Below, piece after piece: positions 62,385-64,000 of a stretch of DNA of 64,000 bases (position 1 is its first letter; each line of letters begins with the position of its first letter). Source of the DNA: Camelus dromedarius (Eukaryota). The notes below the pieces were generated by a model. It was not told the DNA's origin. It did no database searches and saw only the letters and a program-made list of their open reading frames with translations. Location: positions 94,118,001-94,182,000 of the forward strand of contig NC_087436.1 in assembly GCF_036321535.1 (NCBI RefSeq), in the 5' to 3' direction. The translations under genes and the position numbers were made by a program.

Positions 62385-63220
62385 GTGTTTTTAAATTTCA
62401 AACTTACAGAAAAGTTATAAAAATAAGAATAGGACAAAGAGCATCCTATTCTGTCATCCCGTAGCCCCTATGGTTAACATCTTGCTTGTCTTTCTAACTA
62501 ATCATGTATCCATCTGAAAAACATATATCACAGCCTTTGACTCCTAACCACTACAGTGCGCATTTCCTAAGAATAAGTATATAGTCTTACCTTCATAATA
62601 GTAGTTCAGTTGCCAACCTCAGTGAATATAACATTGATACGGTAATTTTATCCAAGCTGCCACCTGTCTTCCTAGGTTGGCAATTGACCCAATGATGTCC
62701 TGTATGACATTTTGTTTCCTGTAGTACAGGATCCAGTTTGAGATCAGGGTCAGGTATAGTATTTAGTTGTTGGGATCCTTGAATTGACTTTAATTTGGAA
62801 CATTTTGCACTGTCTTGTCTTACTTGTGATACTGACATTTGTGAAGAACATTCATCCTTGTGAATTCCTGGCCAGTGATGTTCTATCCTTCTTAGGGTAA
62901 AACATCTGGGAGCACACAAAGTCCACCTGCCCCTTATTGGCAGCATAAATTTTAATCACCCAATCAAGGTGTTGTCTGCCTTCTCCACTTATAGTTATTG
63001 CTTTTTCCCTCGAGACCAATAAGCAATCTCTGAGTAGGCACTTTAAGATCATGCGAATATCTCGTTCCTCATCAAAATTTCTACTTAGATTTAGCCACTA
63101 TTGATGATTCTCAACTGAGCCAATCTTTTATTGGATGACGGTAAATGTTAATTTTTGAACTCCAACAAACGCTGCACATTTAGGAGTCAGCCCCCCGCAT
63201 TCTACTGTAAGCAAGATCCC
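62385..63220 (-). mobile_element. Old L1MC/MD 3'UTR fragment
   Basis: tttcaaacttacagaaaagtt...cattcctaagaataag-like motifs...caggatccag...tttaatcacc. Confidence 0.6.
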
Positions 63221-64000
63221 TCCTTTCCAACATTGGCAACATAGCATTGAAAAATGTGGATAAAGTTGTGCCAACGTGGACAGTCATCAAAGCTGACATG
63301 AAGGAGGTCAAAATGTTGCACAGCTCCAGGAAAGAAATTGCTCTCATTTAACTGAAGCCAGACAGTTTTTACTGGTGTCTCAGACACACCGCCTTGCTCT
63401 AAAACTGTCTGGATCCCTTCCCCTTTGATTCCAGGCTTGGTCTTCCTGGCCCCAAGGAGTCATCCTAGTCAAAAGGAAGATGTTATTCCAGATGCTTCAC
63501 CTGGGAGTGCCTGTCCTTCTCATCAGACTGGCCGGTCTCTGGGAAAGTCTCTCTCAAGTCAGAAGCAAGGTTCCCTGTGGCTGAGGGACCAACAGGCATG
63601 TAGCCTGGGGCCTCATTTCCAGCGTGGATGTCCTATTTGGTCCTCTTCCTGCCATCATACAGCTCATCCACGATGTCACATAGAGCTAAGAAAGTAATAT
63701 CTCAGAGCCCTGATGACCAACCAGCGAACTGGTCCACTCTCTGGTCCCAAGAAGCAGACAAGGTGGCATTTTTATTTGTAGATTAACCATTTATTAAGGC
63801 TCAGAGGCTAATGTTGGTTGGCTTTTATAAGGAAGTTACACAATAGCAGCTTATATTTTTCCCCCTCCGGGTGAGGGAGGAAGTGTTTTTTCAAACACAG
63901 TGTGTCTTAGCAACTGAAAGGAACCCTAAAGGGCCCCTTTCTGGTCTGTGGCTAATACAGGTGCCGTGGGATCCCCATTTGCTCGAGATTAGCATGCCCA

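Noticed and set aside
1..64000. CRISPR array, operon-like or prokaryotic defence system
   Set aside because: Sequence is mammalian; no regularly spaced direct repeats or dense ORF clusters.

Overview
Mammalian genomic DNA, probably camelid. This is inferred from tRNA-derived SINEs of the GGGGAGGGTATAGCTCA...CCTAATTACCTCCCC type and the apparent absence of Alu, B1, Bov-tA and PRE1 elements. The only intact protein-coding gene is CHRNA9 (nicotinic acetylcholine receptor alpha-9) on the minus strand. It has five coding exons (42340-42277, 41996-41851, 40922-40768, 37539-37007, 33966-33425), all with GT-AG introns, totalling 1440 nt (479 aa + TAG). Most of the rest is transposable elements (young and old L1, L2, MIR, MLT1/ERVL/ERV LTRs, MER DNA transposons, SINEs). 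Nearly all short ORFs in the ORF track are spurious or decayed L1 ORF1/ORF2. I found no convincing new multi-gene system. The most interesting signals are unusual retrotransposition events: a poly(A)-tailed 28S rRNA 3'-end retrocopy inside an L1 5'UTR, a 3'-truncated tailless L1 with TSDs, a SINE carrying 3' flanking sequence, a chimeric L1 with a doubled 3' end, and an internally deleted mini-L1. Also notable are a competing 5' splice site on CHRNA9 exon 1, candidate CTCF/CpG regulatory sites upstream, and a possible decayed coding exon downstream of CHRNA9. Repeat family names are recalled from consensus sequences and need RepeatMasker/Dfam confirmation; boundaries of old repeats are approximate.
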